Shown here one piece after another: positions 10,535-20,249 of a stretch of 64,000 bases of DNA. The stretch covers positions 6,459-70,458 of the forward strand of contig DAHUZT010000073.1 in assembly GCA_027315005.1 (NCBI GenBank), read 5' to 3'. The DNA comes from Acidimicrobiaceae bacterium. Its GTDB lineage: Bacteria; Actinomycetota; Acidimicrobiia; Acidimicrobiales; RAAP-2. Positions within the stretch are counted from its first letter, which is position 1. Each line of letters opens with the position of its first letter. The translations under genes and the position numbers were made by a program. The notes under the pieces are model-generated. The model was not told the DNA's origin and searched no databases. It saw nothing but the letters and a program-made list of their open reading frames with translations.

Positions 10535-11671
10535 TCATTCGAGTGCCGACCGTACCCGCAACCGGGAGCACACCGCGTTGGCCATCAACCTCCCCCGCAC
10601 GGTGAGCACGGCCCTTCCGTCTCGTCGATCGACGAGAGCCTCCAGTTCGGGGTCGGCCGGGAGTGCCCAGTCCGGGACACCTCGGGGGGTCCGCAACGCA
10701 AGGGTGAGTGCCTCGAACCGGCGCTGGTCGGGATCGAGAACGTCGGCTGCCGCCATCGGAGACCGTTCGGCCTCGATCAGGGCCACATATCGGTCCGGCG
10801 TACGGACGTTCCACCATCGCCGTCCCCGTCGATGGGAGTGGGCCCCCGAACCGATCCCCCGGAAGTCGTCCTGATCCCAGTAGAGGTGATTGTGTCGGCA
10901 CTCGTGCCCTGGGCGGGCCCAGTTGGAGATCTCCTCCCACCGGTACCCCGCCTCGCCGAGGATCCGGTCTGCTGTCTCGTACCGGTCGGCCTGGACGTCA
11001 TCGTCGGGATGCCGATCGGGATCGGCGGCGAGCGGTGTACCCGGTTCGGCGGTGAGGGAGTAGGCGCTCACGTGTGGAGGCGGGCGGTCGCTGCCCACCA
11101 CGGATTCGATACTGTGCTCCCAGTCGCCAGCCGTCTCGCCGGAGGCGCCCATGATGAGGTCGGCGCTCCAGGTGGTGAACCCCGCTTCGGCAATGGCCGC
11201 CATGGCCTCGTGGGACTCGGCTGTCCCATGGCGTCGACCAAGCTCGTCGAGGACGTGAGGCACCGTCGACTGCACCCCCAGGGAGATCCTGGTGACGCCA
11301 CCGCGGCGGTAGTCGGCGAGGCGGTCGGGATCGACGTCCTCTGGGTTGCACTCGACGGTGACCTCGGCATCCGGCGTCCGTGGAACGGTGTCGAGGATCT
11401 CGATCAAGAGGTCGGAGGGAAGGCGGGAAGGTGTCCCACCGCCGAAGTAGACCGATGTGGCGGGCCGAAGACTCCCGGCACTGCCTTCACGGGTGATTTC
11501 GGTGACACAGGCGGCGACGTACGAACCCATGAGGTGGTCCCGGTCGGTATAAGTGGCAAATGCGCAGTAGTCGCAGCGAGCCCGGCAGAAGGGCACATGC
11601 ACGTACACGCCGAAGGGGGCGACCGGAGAGTCGGACGGTGGTGGGCCCGTCGAACCGGTGGCCCGGTCCAA
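10535..11671 (-). CDS. hemW: radical SAM heme chaperone / coproporphyrinogen-III-oxidase-like protein
   Basis: Radical-SAM motif VHVPFCRARCDYCAF near the N-terminus, plus a HemN_C-like C-terminal domain. 378 aa. Confidence 0.85.
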   Translation of the reverse strand: MDRATGSTGPPPSDSPVAPFGVYVHVPFCRARCDYCAFATYTDRDHLMGSYVAACVTEITREGSAGSLRPATSVYFGGGTPSRLPSDLLIEILDTVPRTPDAEVTVECNPEDVDPDRLADYRRGGVTRISLGVQSTVPHVLDELGRRHGTAESHEAMAAIAEAGFTTWSADLIMGASGETAGDWEHSIESVVGSDRPPPHVSAYSLTAEPGTPLAADPDRHPDDDVQADRYETADRILGEAGYRWEEISNWARPGHECRHNHLYWDQDDFRGIGSGAHSHRRGRRWWNVRTPDRYVALIEAERSPMAAADVLDPDQRRFEALTLALRTPRGVPDWALPADPELEALVDRRDGRAVLTVRGRLMANAVCSRLRVRSALE

Positions 11672-11722
11672 GTCAGAGCTCCTGCGAATCGGTGTCTCGG
11701 CAACCCATCCCAGCCACCCCGG

Positions 11723-12448
11723 TCACAGCATCTGACCCGAACGCATCGACCGTAGCCCGCGGTCGAGGTGGGCCTCGACCGCTTCGGTCGCCAACAAGGT
11801 CACCTCGTCGGTGGTCGCTGATCGCGGTTCGGCCAGCACGCCGGTCAATCCCCCTCCGAGGGTCCGTCGCAACAGTTCCAGACCCCCAGATGAGAGCGGC
11901 CTTCCCCGCCGGCACGACCGGCACAGCACGCCCCCCTCCAGGGGGTCGAAGGCCACCAGCAAGGCAGCTTCCTCCTCGCCACACGAGACGCAACCGTCGA
12001 GTACCGGTGCCGAGCCCTCCAGGACCAGGACCTTGAGGAAGAAGGCCGGTGCCGCCATCGGCGAGCAGTGCTCGGCGAGGACGCCGAGGGCCCCGATCAG
12101 CATCTGATAAAGGCGGGGATTACTGTGCCGCTCCTGACCGATCTGGTCGACGACCTCACACATCGACAGGGCGGCCGAGGTGCGTTCGAGGTCTTCGCGC
12201 ACCGCACGGAAGGTGTCGATCACCTCAACCTGGTTGATCGTGTCGAGATCTCCCCGACCCTGCCATCCAAGAACCGTGATGTGGCTCATCGGTTCGAGTC
12301 GTGAGCCGAACTTGGACGACGTGCGACGGACTCCCTTCGCCACCGCCCGGACCTTGCCATGCTGCTCGGACATGATCGTCACGATCCGGTCCGCCTCGCC
12401 GAGCCGGATGGTTCGGAGCACCACCCCGCGGTCGCTGAACAGGCCCAT
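11723..12448 (-). CDS. recO: DNA repair protein RecO
   Basis: RecO N-terminal OB fold (GVVLRTIRLGEADRIVTIMSEQHGKVRAVAKGVRR) and C-terminal Cys cluster (CVSCGEEE...LCRSC). The start was moved to ATG 12448 (242 aa). The 315-aa track ORF carries an Arg/Pro-rich, non-coding-looking extension. Confidence 0.85.
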   Translation of the reverse strand: MGLFSDRGVVLRTIRLGEADRIVTIMSEQHGKVRAVAKGVRRTSSKFGSRLEPMSHITVLGWQGRGDLDTINQVEVIDTFRAVREDLERTSAALSMCEVVDQIGQERHSNPRLYQMLIGALGVLAEHCSPMAAPAFFLKVLVLEGSAPVLDGCVSCGEEEAALLVAFDPLEGGVLCRSCRRGRPLSSGGLELLRRTLGGGLTGVLAEPRSATTDEVTLLATEAVEAHLDRGLRSMRSGQML

Positions 12449-12705
12449 CAGGGTAGCCGGCGGTCGGGAGGCCCCGATCGCCGCCCGGGCGGGGTTCCTG
12501 GTGACTTGCCGGAGTGCCTCCCCCCGCCGAGGAGGCTGTTCCCGGCGATCAGCCCGAGAATTGCCGGGGGCAGGACGACCAAAGGAATGGCCGGTCGAAA
12601 CCCGGCCACCGCAGTGAGCACCATGCTGGCATAGACGACGAGAGCGAGGACGATCGCCGTCTTGATCCAAACGCCTCCCGAATCATCTGGCATGGGGTGG
12701 ATCAC
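12448..12705 (-). CDS. hypothetical small membrane protein
   Basis: 85-aa ORF with two hydrophobic helices (IKTAIVLALVVYASMVLTAVAGF, IPLVVLPPAILGLIAGN). GTG 12705 overlaps the uppS TGA (12702-12704), and its own TGA (12448-12450) overlaps the recO ATG by 1 nt. ATG 12693 is an alternative start. Confidence 0.5.
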   Translation of the reverse strand: MIHPMPDDSGGVWIKTAIVLALVVYASMVLTAVAGFRPAIPLVVLPPAILGLIAGNSLLGGGRHSGKSPGTPPGRRSGPPDRRLP

Positions 12706-13469
12706 TGGGTCACACCGCCGTATCGTCGCTGGCGTCGCTGGTAGTGGCGGACGGCTTCGAACAGGTGGGTACGGCGGAAATCAGGCCAGAGCACGTCGTC
12801 GAAGACCAGCTCGCTGTAGGCGAGCTGCCACAACAGGAAGTTCGAGATCCGATGCTCGCCCGATGTACGCACCACCAGGTCCGGATCGGGCTGATCGGGG
12901 AAGTAGAGCCGCGATCGGATCGCCTTCTCGTTGATCTTGTTCGGCGGTATGCCGTCGGCCACCAGCTTACGCACGGCATCGACGATCTCCGCCCTCCCTC
13001 CGTAATTGAACGCCATCGTCAAGGTGCACCGTCGGTTGTGCTTGGTGAGGGCGGTGGATTCGTCCATCCGCCGGAGCACTCGCCGCGGGACCCGCCAGTC
13101 GCGTCTGCCTGCGAAGCGGATGCGCACCCCCTTTTCGTGCAACTCGTCGCGGCGGCGGACGAGGAGGCTTTCGTTGAAACCCATCAGGTAACGCACCTCG
13201 TCGGCCGGCCGACGCCAATTCTCTGTCGAGAAGGCATACATGGTGATCCAGGGGATCCTGAGATCCAGGGCTCCCTCGACCGCGTCGAGCAGAGCGGCTT
13301 CGCCAGCGGCGTGACCTTCCGTTCTCGGCAGGCCGCGCCGGGCTGCCCAGCGGCCGTTGCCGTCCATAACGCACGCGACGTGCACGGGTATCGGATCCGG
13401 CGCGACATCGGTGGCAGTGAGCACATCGCGGCGGGGGCCACCGGAGACGTCGGCTGGTTCGAATCCCAC
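12702..13469 (-). CDS. uppS: isoprenyl (undecaprenyl/decaprenyl) diphosphate synthase, cis-prenyltransferase
   Basis: Motifs VMDGNGRWAARRGLPR, FSTENWRRP and RTSGEHRISNFLLWQLAYSELVF. Confidence 0.92.
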   Translation of the reverse strand: MGFEPADVSGGPRRDVLTATDVAPDPIPVHVACVMDGNGRWAARRGLPRTEGHAAGEAALLDAVEGALDLRIPWITMYAFSTENWRRPADEVRYLMGFNESLLVRRRDELHEKGVRIRFAGRRDWRVPRRVLRRMDESTALTKHNRRCTLTMAFNYGGRAEIVDAVRKLVADGIPPNKINEKAIRSRLYFPDQPDPDLVVRTSGEHRISNFLLWQLAYSELVFDDVLWPDFRRTHLFEAVRHYQRRQRRYGGVTQ

Positions 13470-13625
13470 GGCGCGAACCTATCGTCTCACCGGTCGGATG
13501 ACGTCCGGGCCTCCTGTCGCCACCATCGATCCGGTCGTGGCGCCTCTCTCGCTTCCGAGCAGCTCCGAAATCGGCCGGGTGGGTGAACCGGGTCGGCGGT
13601 GGTGCGCCCCCGCTATGGTCAACGG

Positions 13626-15761
13626 ATGACAGGCGACGTTGCGAAGGCCAAGGACGTGGCAACCGCGCTCGCTGGTGCCGCCTCCCTTCTGCCCGGAGGG
13701 GGCGAACACCGGCCCGGCCAGGGACAGATGGCCGAAGCTGTCACCCGCTCGATCAGCACCGGGCGACATCTGATCGTCCAAGCCGGAACGGGCACGGGCA
13801 AGTCTCTCGGGTATCTGGTCCCCGCGGCAGTCGCCAGGGTGCCAGCAGTGGTCGCGACCGCGACGAAGGCCTTGCAGGACCAGTTGGCCGAACACGATCT
13901 ACCTCTCGTGGCTCGATCGCTCGATGGTGAACTCACCTATGCCGTGCTGAAGGGGCGGAGCAACTACCTCTGCCGCCAGCGGGTGGCCGAGGTCGGAGGA
14001 CACGGGGAGCAGCTCTCCCTCGGCGACGTCCTGCCGGCCCCAACGACCGATTCGTCGGTCGACCTCGACCGCGGTGACGGCGACGCGTCGTCGATGACTG
14101 ATCTCGAATCCAGCGAACCCACGTCCGGACAGGGATCCTTCGCCGAACAGCTGAGGAGGCTCATCGATTGGGCCGACTGCAGCGCCACCGGTGACCGATC
14201 CGAGCTGGATTTCGAACCGCAGCATCGGGTTTGGGCCATGGTGTCGACCACGGCGAGCGAATGCCCCGGCGCCTCCAGATGTCCGTCGGGTGACAACTGC
14301 TTCGCCGAACACGCCCGAATCCGTGCTGCCGAGGCCGACGTCGTCGTGGTCAACACCCATCTGTACGGAGCCCACCTGGCCAGTGGAGGGACCGTGCTCC
14401 CACCCCACGACCTGGTCGTGTTCGACGAGGCACATGAGGTCGAAGCGGTGATGACCGAGGCACTGGGTGCGGAGATCACCCCGGGACGCTTCCGAGCTCT
14501 CGCGCTGTCGGCCGGCCCCGCCCTCGAGGCCGGGGTTGACGCTGCCGCAGCCTCGGACGCGGTGGCAGACCTCGAGCACCGGGTTCGGACCGCGTTGGCG
14601 GGCCTCGTCGGAGAACGGATCGACCCCACCAGCGTGCAACCGGACCAGAGGTCCAAATCGACCGGCCCCCAGAGGACCGGGGCGGAGGCGCACAACGATG
14701 ACGCAGAGCTCGAACTGTCCCGAGTCCGGGCTCCGGGGACCGACGGGAGCGAGTCCCTCCGGGACCTGATCGTGCTCGCGCGGTCTCGGATCAGCCGCCT
14801 GGTCGATCACCTGCGCCGGTCCGAACGCCGGACAGGGTTCGAAGAGGATGCCGCTGCACGTTCCCGTCGTGACCGGGCCCTCCTGGCTGCCGGACACCTC
14901 GAAGCCGATCTCGACCGGCTTTCGGCGCCCACCGAAGACGACCTCGTCTGGGTTGATGGAGATGCCCGGACGCCACGTCTTCGGGTCTCCCCCATCGAGG
15001 TCGGACCGGTGCTCACCGAACTGCTCTGGAGCTCGGTCACAGGTGTGCTCACCTCGGCCACGGTCCCGGTGGGCCTGGCTCGACGTCTGGGGTTGCCCGT
15101 GGAGGGACATGACGAGCTGGACGTCGGAAGCCCGTTCGCCTTCCGTGAGCACGCGCTGCTCTATGTGGCCAGGGATCTCCCCGACCGTCGGCGACCCGAG
15201 TCGGAGCCGGCGCTGCACGATGAGCTGGGTGCGCTCATCGAGGCGGCAGGCGGCCGGACATTGGCTCTGTTCACCAGCTGGCGGGCGATGCGCGCCGCAG
15301 CCGAGGCGGTGCGCTCCAACGCGACATTCCGCGTGCTGATCCAGGACGACCTGCCCAAGCCGGCACTCGTGGAGGTATTCCGCAACGACGAGGCCACCTG
15401 CCTCTTCGCCACACTCGGGTTCTGGCAGGGGATCGATGTCCCCGGTCGGACCCTGAGCCTGGTGACGATCGACCGGATTCCGTTCCCCCGGCCGGACCAT
15501 CCGGTTCTCCAGGCCCGCCGCGAGCGGGCGGGACCGGCCGCCTTCACGACCGTCGACCTGCCCCGGGCAGGGACGCTGCTTGCCCAGGGCGCCGGCAGGC
15601 TGATCCGGTCGGGTTCCGACCGCGGGGTGGTGGCCGTGCTCGACAGCCGGCTCGCGACCGCCTCCTACCGCCAGGTGCTCCTGGCCCGGGTTCCGCCGAT
15701 GCGGAGAACTGTCGACCGGTCCGAGGTCGAGGAGTTCCTCCGCCGGATCACCCGATCCTGA
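13626..15761 (+). CDS. dinG: ATP-dependent DNA helicase, DinG/XPD family (Fe-S type)
   Basis: Walker A QAGTGTGKSLGYL, DEAH box VVFDEAHEV, a four-Cys cluster (CSATG...ECPGASRCPSGDNC), and C-terminal helicase motifs (TSATV..., FATLGFWQGIDVPG). ATG 13626 was chosen; GTG 13599 is possible. Confidence 0.8.
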   Translation: MTGDVAKAKDVATALAGAASLLPGGGEHRPGQGQMAEAVTRSISTGRHLIVQAGTGTGKSLGYLVPAAVARVPAVVATATKALQDQLAEHDLPLVARSLDGELTYAVLKGRSNYLCRQRVAEVGGHGEQLSLGDVLPAPTTDSSVDLDRGDGDASSMTDLESSEPTSGQGSFAEQLRRLIDWADCSATGDRSELDFEPQHRVWAMVSTTASECPGASRCPSGDNCFAEHARIRAAEADVVVVNTHLYGAHLASGGTVLPPHDLVVFDEAHEVEAVMTEALGAEITPGRFRALALSAGPALEAGVDAAAASDAVADLEHRVRTALAGLVGERIDPTSVQPDQRSKSTGPQRTGAEAHNDDAELELSRVRAPGTDGSESLRDLIVLARSRISRLVDHLRRSERRTGFEEDAAARSRRDRALLAAGHLEADLDRLSAPTEDDLVWVDGDARTPRLRVSPIEVGPVLTELLWSSVTGVLTSATVPVGLARRLGLPVEGHDELDVGSPFAFREHALLYVARDLPDRRRPESEPALHDELGALIEAAGGRTLALFTSWRAMRAAAEAVRSNATFRVLIQDDLPKPALVEVFRNDEATCLFATLGFWQGIDVPGRTLSLVTIDRIPFPRPDHPVLQARRERAGPAAFTTVDLPRAGTLLAQGAGRLIRSGSDRGVVAVLDSRLATASYRQVLLARVPPMRRTVDRSEVEEFLRRITRS

Positions 15762-15812
15762 CGGAGGGCGGGAGGGACCGGCCCCACCGGAGTTCCGGAG
15801 GCCACTGCGAGG

Positions 15813-16847
15813 TCAGAGCCCGAGACGATCGAGTGCGTCCTCGCGTTGTTGCCATCGGGGTTCGACTCGCACGAAGAGCTCGAGATAGGCCCCCGGCGCC
15901 ATCTGGGCGCGGACGGCAGTGCCAACCTCCTTCAGCACGGTCCCCCCCCGACCGATGACGATTCCCTTCTGGGAATCCCGTTCGACCAGAATTTCGCAGC
16001 GGACCCGAGGCCACTCCCACTCGGTCACCCGGCAGGCGATACTGTGCGGCAGTTCGTCCTCGGCCCGGAGCAGCAGTTCCTCCCGGACCAGATCGGCCAC
16101 CCAGGTGGCCTCGGCCACGTCGGAGGCCATCCCTTCGGGGTAGTACCGGGGACCCTCGGGCATCCGGTCGACCACTGCGTCGACGAGTGCTCGGATGCCC
16201 TGTCCTGTGGTGGCGGAAACCGGGAAGTACTCCACCGGAACGTCATACGATCCCAGCCCGGATTGGCCATCCACCTCGGCGCCCCCGTTCTCACGACGGC
16301 CGGGCGCCTCCACGGCACGGAACACCGCTTCCAACTGGAGGAGCACCTCAGAGGAACGGACCCGGTCGACCTTGTTGACCACCACGAACAGCCTGGGCCG
16401 GGCTTCGGACCGCCCCAGACCCCTCGGATCGGCGGCACCCCCGCGGGCGTCGCCTCCGTCGGTTTCGGGACCACCCCGGCAAGCGGTCGGCACCGGAGAT
16501 GGTCGCACGCGGCCGATAGCCTCTGCCAGTACTCGGCGATCGCCAGGGCCGATCGCGGCCGACGCGTCGACCAGGGCGAGGACGAGGTCTATGTCCTCGA
16601 GCGACGACGTCGCCGAGGCGTTCATCCGTTCGCCGAGAGCCGACCGGGGCCGGTGCACGCCCGGGGTGTCGACCAGGACCACCTGGACCCCCGGACGGTC
16701 GAGAACGCCCCGTACCTGTGAGCGGGTGGTGTTGGGGCGGGGTGAGGTGATGGTGACCTTGGTACCCACCATGGCGTTGACCAATGTCGACTTGCCGACA
16801 TTGGGCCGGCCGAGGACGGCGACGAACCCTGAACGGAAGGCGCTCAC
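15813..16847 (-). CDS. era: GTPase Era
   Basis: G1 GRPNVGKST, G3 DTPG, G4 NKVD, SAT, and a KH domain at the C-terminus (IVIGRGGTVLKEVG). 344 aa, because of two Gly/Arg-rich insertions. Confidence 0.9.
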   Translation of the reverse strand: MSAFRSGFVAVLGRPNVGKSTLVNAMVGTKVTITSPRPNTTRSQVRGVLDRPGVQVVLVDTPGVHRPRSALGERMNASATSSLEDIDLVLALVDASAAIGPGDRRVLAEAIGRVRPSPVPTACRGGPETDGGDARGGAADPRGLGRSEARPRLFVVVNKVDRVRSSEVLLQLEAVFRAVEAPGRRENGGAEVDGQSGLGSYDVPVEYFPVSATTGQGIRALVDAVVDRMPEGPRYYPEGMASDVAEATWVADLVREELLLRAEDELPHSIACRVTEWEWPRVRCEILVERDSQKGIVIGRGGTVLKEVGTAVRAQMAPGAYLELFVRVEPRWQQREDALDRLGL

Positions 16848-16860
16848 CGTCGGTGCACCT

Positions 16861-18234
16861 TCACCAGCGCTCCGATCCCCCGTGCTCCACCCCGCCGCTC
16901 GGCAGTGGAGGAACGTTCGACGGCGTGGCGTCGATCTTCACCCGCTCGATCCGTCGACCACTCACACGATCGGCGACCAGGTGGACCCCATCCACCACGA
17001 CAGATTCTCCCGCGGTGGGAACGTGGCCGATGAGGTCGAAGACGAGGCCTCCGATGGTGTCCCAAGCCCCGGTGGGCAACGTGGCCTCGATCAGGTCGTT
17101 GACCTCGTCGATGGTCAATCGAGCACTCACTCGGTACTCACCTCCGCCGAGGTGCTCCACCGGTGCCTCCTCCACGTCGAACTCATCGACGATCTCGCCC
17201 ACCAGCTCCTCGATCAGGTCTTCCAACGTCACGAGACCCGCAGTACCGCCGTACTCGTTGATCACGACGGCCAGATGAAAGTGTTGCGACTGCATCTCCT
17301 GCATCAGCGCCGAGACGCGTTTCGTCTCGGGCACGAAGTAAGCGGTCCGGAGGTGGTCCCGCACCGTCTCCGACCCGAGCTCCCGTCGGACAGCCCGGAT
17401 CATGTCCTTGGTATAGGCGATGCCGACCACGTCGTCGACGTTCTGCTCCACCGCCGGAACCCTGCTGAATCCTTCCTCCAGGGCCCGCTCCAACACCGAC
17501 TCGACTGTCTCGTCGGCTCCTGTGGTCACCATGTCGACCCGGGGGACCATCACTTCGCGCACGACGGTGTCACCGAATTCGATGATCGAATGGATGAGCG
17601 CTCGCTCCTCGTGCTCGATCACCTCGTCCTCGAGGGCCACGTCCGCCATGGCCAGGAGCTCAGATTCGGACACGTCCGCCCCGGCATCCCGACCCCGTCC
17701 ACCGATCAGAAGGTTGGCCAGGCCGATGAGCCCCCCGGACAGCATCCGGATCGGGAAGAAATTCACCAGACCGGAGACCAGCGGTGCCGAGAACAGCGCC
17801 GCCTGCTCGGGGTGGTGCACCGCCCAATTCTTCGGGACGGCCTCGGCCAGGACGAAGATGACCACGATCTCGAAGACGGTGGCCGCCGCCACCCCCCATG
17901 CGCCGAACCACCGAACGGCAAGGATGCCCACCAGTGTGGCCACCACCAGCTGGCACACCAGTACCAAGAGCAGAATCGGATTGAGGAAGTGCTGCGGGTC
18001 CTCCACCAACTTCGCAAGCACCCGGGCTCCCCTGCGACCCTCGTCCACCAGACCGAGCGCTTTTGGCCGGCTCATCCGGACCAGGCTCGTCTCGGCCAAG
18101 GCCAGCAGCGACGAGGCCACGAGCAACATGATCACCAGCCCGAGCAGGACGAGATCGACCGGTGCGACCGAGCCTGTGGCGACAAGCCACCCTCGGTCGC
18201 TCATGGCTTGGTCGTAGGGCCGGTAGATCTCCAA
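16861..18234 (-). CDS. hemolysin-family / CorC-type protein (DUF21 membrane domain + CBS pair + CorC_HlyC)
   Basis: N-terminal 4-TM DUF21 region, a CBS pair (VREVMVPRVDMV...), and a C-terminal transporter-associated domain. Sits in the conserved position between ybeY and era. Confidence 0.88.
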   Translation of the reverse strand: MEIYRPYDQAMSDRGWLVATGSVAPVDLVLLGLVIMLLVASSLLALAETSLVRMSRPKALGLVDEGRRGARVLAKLVEDPQHFLNPILLLVLVCQLVVATLVGILAVRWFGAWGVAAATVFEIVVIFVLAEAVPKNWAVHHPEQAALFSAPLVSGLVNFFPIRMLSGGLIGLANLLIGGRGRDAGADVSESELLAMADVALEDEVIEHEERALIHSIIEFGDTVVREVMVPRVDMVTTGADETVESVLERALEEGFSRVPAVEQNVDDVVGIAYTKDMIRAVRRELGSETVRDHLRTAYFVPETKRVSALMQEMQSQHFHLAVVINEYGGTAGLVTLEDLIEELVGEIVDEFDVEEAPVEHLGGGEYRVSARLTIDEVNDLIEATLPTGAWDTIGGLVFDLIGHVPTAGESVVVDGVHLVADRVSGRRIERVKIDATPSNVPPLPSGGVEHGGSERW

Positions 18235-18291
18235 CCGGGCCGACCGTTCACGAGCTGGGACCTTGCAACCGTTGCATTGCGATCTGGAGCG

Positions 18292-18807
18292 TCATGGCCG
18301 GGAACGATGGAAACGGTCGAGCAGGTGCTGCTCGCGCTGTTCCATCTTCCTCGCATCTTCGTCGACATCGTGATCCATGCCAAGCAGATGCAGGATCCCG
18401 TGCACGACTATCAGGGCCAGCTCGTCTGCGAACGACACCTGGTGGTCGAGGGCGTTGCGCGCCACGACCGCCGGACAGATCACCACGTCGCCGAGCAGCA
18501 GAAGGCGATCACCGCCGATCTCTTGTGAAGCCGGCCCGGCGCCTCCTCCGTCCGGTGAACGCCCACCCCGGTCGATTTCGTCCTCGATGGGAAATGAGAG
18601 CACGTCGGTCGGACCGGACTTGCCGAGGAACCGCTCGTTGAGCGACGCAATCGCCCCCTCGTCGACGAACAGCAGAGACACTTCGGCATCCCGGACCACC
18701 CCTTCGGCCCTGAGAGCCGACCGTGCAAGCTCCGACCAGCGCTCGAGTGCGATCGGCTCGACCTCCTGTTCATCGGAGGCGTAGACGTCAAGACTCACGG
18801 GTACCAT
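18292..18807 (-). CDS. ybeY: rRNA maturation endoribonuclease YbeY
   Basis: Zinc motif HGILHLLGMDH. 171 aa. Overlaps the phoH 3' end by 20 nt, so a slightly later start is possible. Confidence 0.9.
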   Translation of the reverse strand: MVPVSLDVYASDEQEVEPIALERWSELARSALRAEGVVRDAEVSLLFVDEGAIASLNERFLGKSGPTDVLSFPIEDEIDRGGRSPDGGGAGPASQEIGGDRLLLLGDVVICPAVVARNALDHQVSFADELALIVVHGILHLLGMDHDVDEDARKMEQREQHLLDRFHRSRP

Positions 18808-19753
18808 CTGCCATAGCTCCGCTGTCGAACGCAGCGACGATGTCGGCCACGATGCGGTGGCGAACGACGTCCCGTCGGGTCAGATGGACGAACGCCAGGT
18901 CCGGGACGTCGGACAGGATGGCGTCGAGTCCCACCAGACCCGAACGGCCTCCGGCCACGTCGATCTGGGTGATGTCGCCCGTGACCACCACCTTGGAATT
19001 GAAGCCGATACGGGTCAGAAACATCTTCATCTGCTCCGGCGTCGTGTTCTGGGCCTCATCGAGGATGATGAAGCTGTCGTTGAGCGTCCTGCCCCGCATG
19101 AACGCGAGCGGTGCCACTTCGACCGAACCCCGGTCGATCAGGCGTTGGGCGCCTTCGGGTTCGATGAGGTCGTGGAGAGCGTCGTAAAGGGGACGGAGAT
19201 AGGGATCGACCTTTGCCATGAGGTCTCCTGGCAGGAAGCCGAGCCGCTCACCCGCTTCGACCGCTGGCCGGGTGAGGATGATCCGGTTGACCTGATGCGC
19301 CTGAAGCGCCTGGACGGCGAGGGCGACGGCCAGGTATGACTTTCCGGTTCCTGCCGGTCCGATCCCGAAGGTCACGATATTGGAGGCGATGGCATCGGTA
19401 TACCGCTTCTGGCCAGCGGTCTTGGGGCGCACGGTACGGCCCCGAGGGGAACGGAGCAGTTCGGAGGTGAGGACCTCGGACGGACGGATGTCCTCGTGCA
19501 TCATGTCTATGGTGCGGTTCACCTGGCCGACATCGAGGCCCTGACCCGACTCGAGCAGGATGATGAGTTCTTCGAAGAGGGCACCGACCCGTTCCGCCCG
19601 TTCACCTTCGAGCGATATCTCATTCCCACGAACGGAGACCCGGACGTCGTCGAACGCCCCCTCGACAAGCCTGAGCAACTCATCGCGATGGCCCAGAAGG
19701 CCGGCCATGAGGTGGTTGCCGGGAACGAGAATCTTGACCTGGGTGCCTGCCAC
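18788..19753 (-). CDS. phoH: PhoH-like ATPase
   Basis: Walker A GPAGTGKSYLAVA and Walker B FIILDEAQN. Conserved phoH-ybeY-CBS-era order. Confidence 0.9.
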   Translation of the reverse strand: MAGTQVKILVPGNHLMAGLLGHRDELLRLVEGAFDDVRVSVRGNEISLEGERAERVGALFEELIILLESGQGLDVGQVNRTIDMMHEDIRPSEVLTSELLRSPRGRTVRPKTAGQKRYTDAIASNIVTFGIGPAGTGKSYLAVALAVQALQAHQVNRIILTRPAVEAGERLGFLPGDLMAKVDPYLRPLYDALHDLIEPEGAQRLIDRGSVEVAPLAFMRGRTLNDSFIILDEAQNTTPEQMKMFLTRIGFNSKVVVTGDITQIDVAGGRSGLVGLDAILSDVPDLAFVHLTRRDVVRHRIVADIVAAFDSGAMADGTRES

Positions 19754-19893
19754 GTTTGCTCTGCACCCGACCCTACCAGTGGGTCACGGTCCGGCATTTC
19801 GAAACCGGGCATCCGGATCCAGGCGACCCGCCGGCGCCGGCAGGCTGGGCCGCTCCAGGCATCCGGGATCGAGTTCGGCCAGGCCGACACCGG

Positions 19894-20247
19894 TCAGCCC
19901 GGGGGCCATCCCAGCGGGCGGCCACCCATCACATGGAGGTGCAGATGGGCCACCGAATTGGCGGCGTCGTGCCCCACGTTGAAGACGAGGCGGTAGCCGC
20001 GGTCCTCGCCACCGATCCCCTCCCGATCAGCCACCGACTTTGCCGCCATGAGCATCGCGGTGACGTCGGCTCCGTCCCTTTCGGAGACGGTCGAGGCATT
20101 GACGATGTGCCTTCGGGGGACGACGAGAACATGCACGGGGGCCTGGGGGTTGATGTCCCGGAACCCGATCGTGCGCGCGTCGGAATGCACGATGTCGGCC
20201 GGTACCTCGCCGCCGACGATGCTGCAGAACAGGCAGTCGGTCACCAC
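19894..20247 (-). CDS. HIT-family nucleotide hydrolase/transferase
   Basis: Histidine triad HLHLHVMGG; CLFCSIV N-terminus; 117 aa. Confidence 0.9.
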   Translation of the reverse strand: MVTDCLFCSIVGGEVPADIVHSDARTIGFRDINPQAPVHVLVVPRRHIVNASTVSERDGADVTAMLMAAKSVADREGIGGEDRGYRLVFNVGHDAANSVAHLHLHVMGGRPLGWPPG

Positions 20248-20249
20248 GG

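Noticed and set aside
5907-10605. Very long plus-strand ORFs (5907-7205, 432 aa; 7782-8780, 332 aa; 8431-10605, 724 aa) antisense to ppdK and glyQS.
   Set aside because: They are Arg/Pro/Gly/Asp-rich with no recognisable motifs and lie exactly opposite genes that carry unmistakable family signatures. These are typical stop-codon-poor shadow frames of a 70% GC genome.
13899-18528. Long antisense ORFs 13899-15500 (533 aa), 13964-14695 and 16195-18528 (777 aa), opposite dinG, era and the CBS-domain gene.
   Set aside because: Same reasoning: low-complexity Arg/Pro/His composition and no motifs. The opposite strand encodes proteins with complete Walker, GTPase or CBS signatures.
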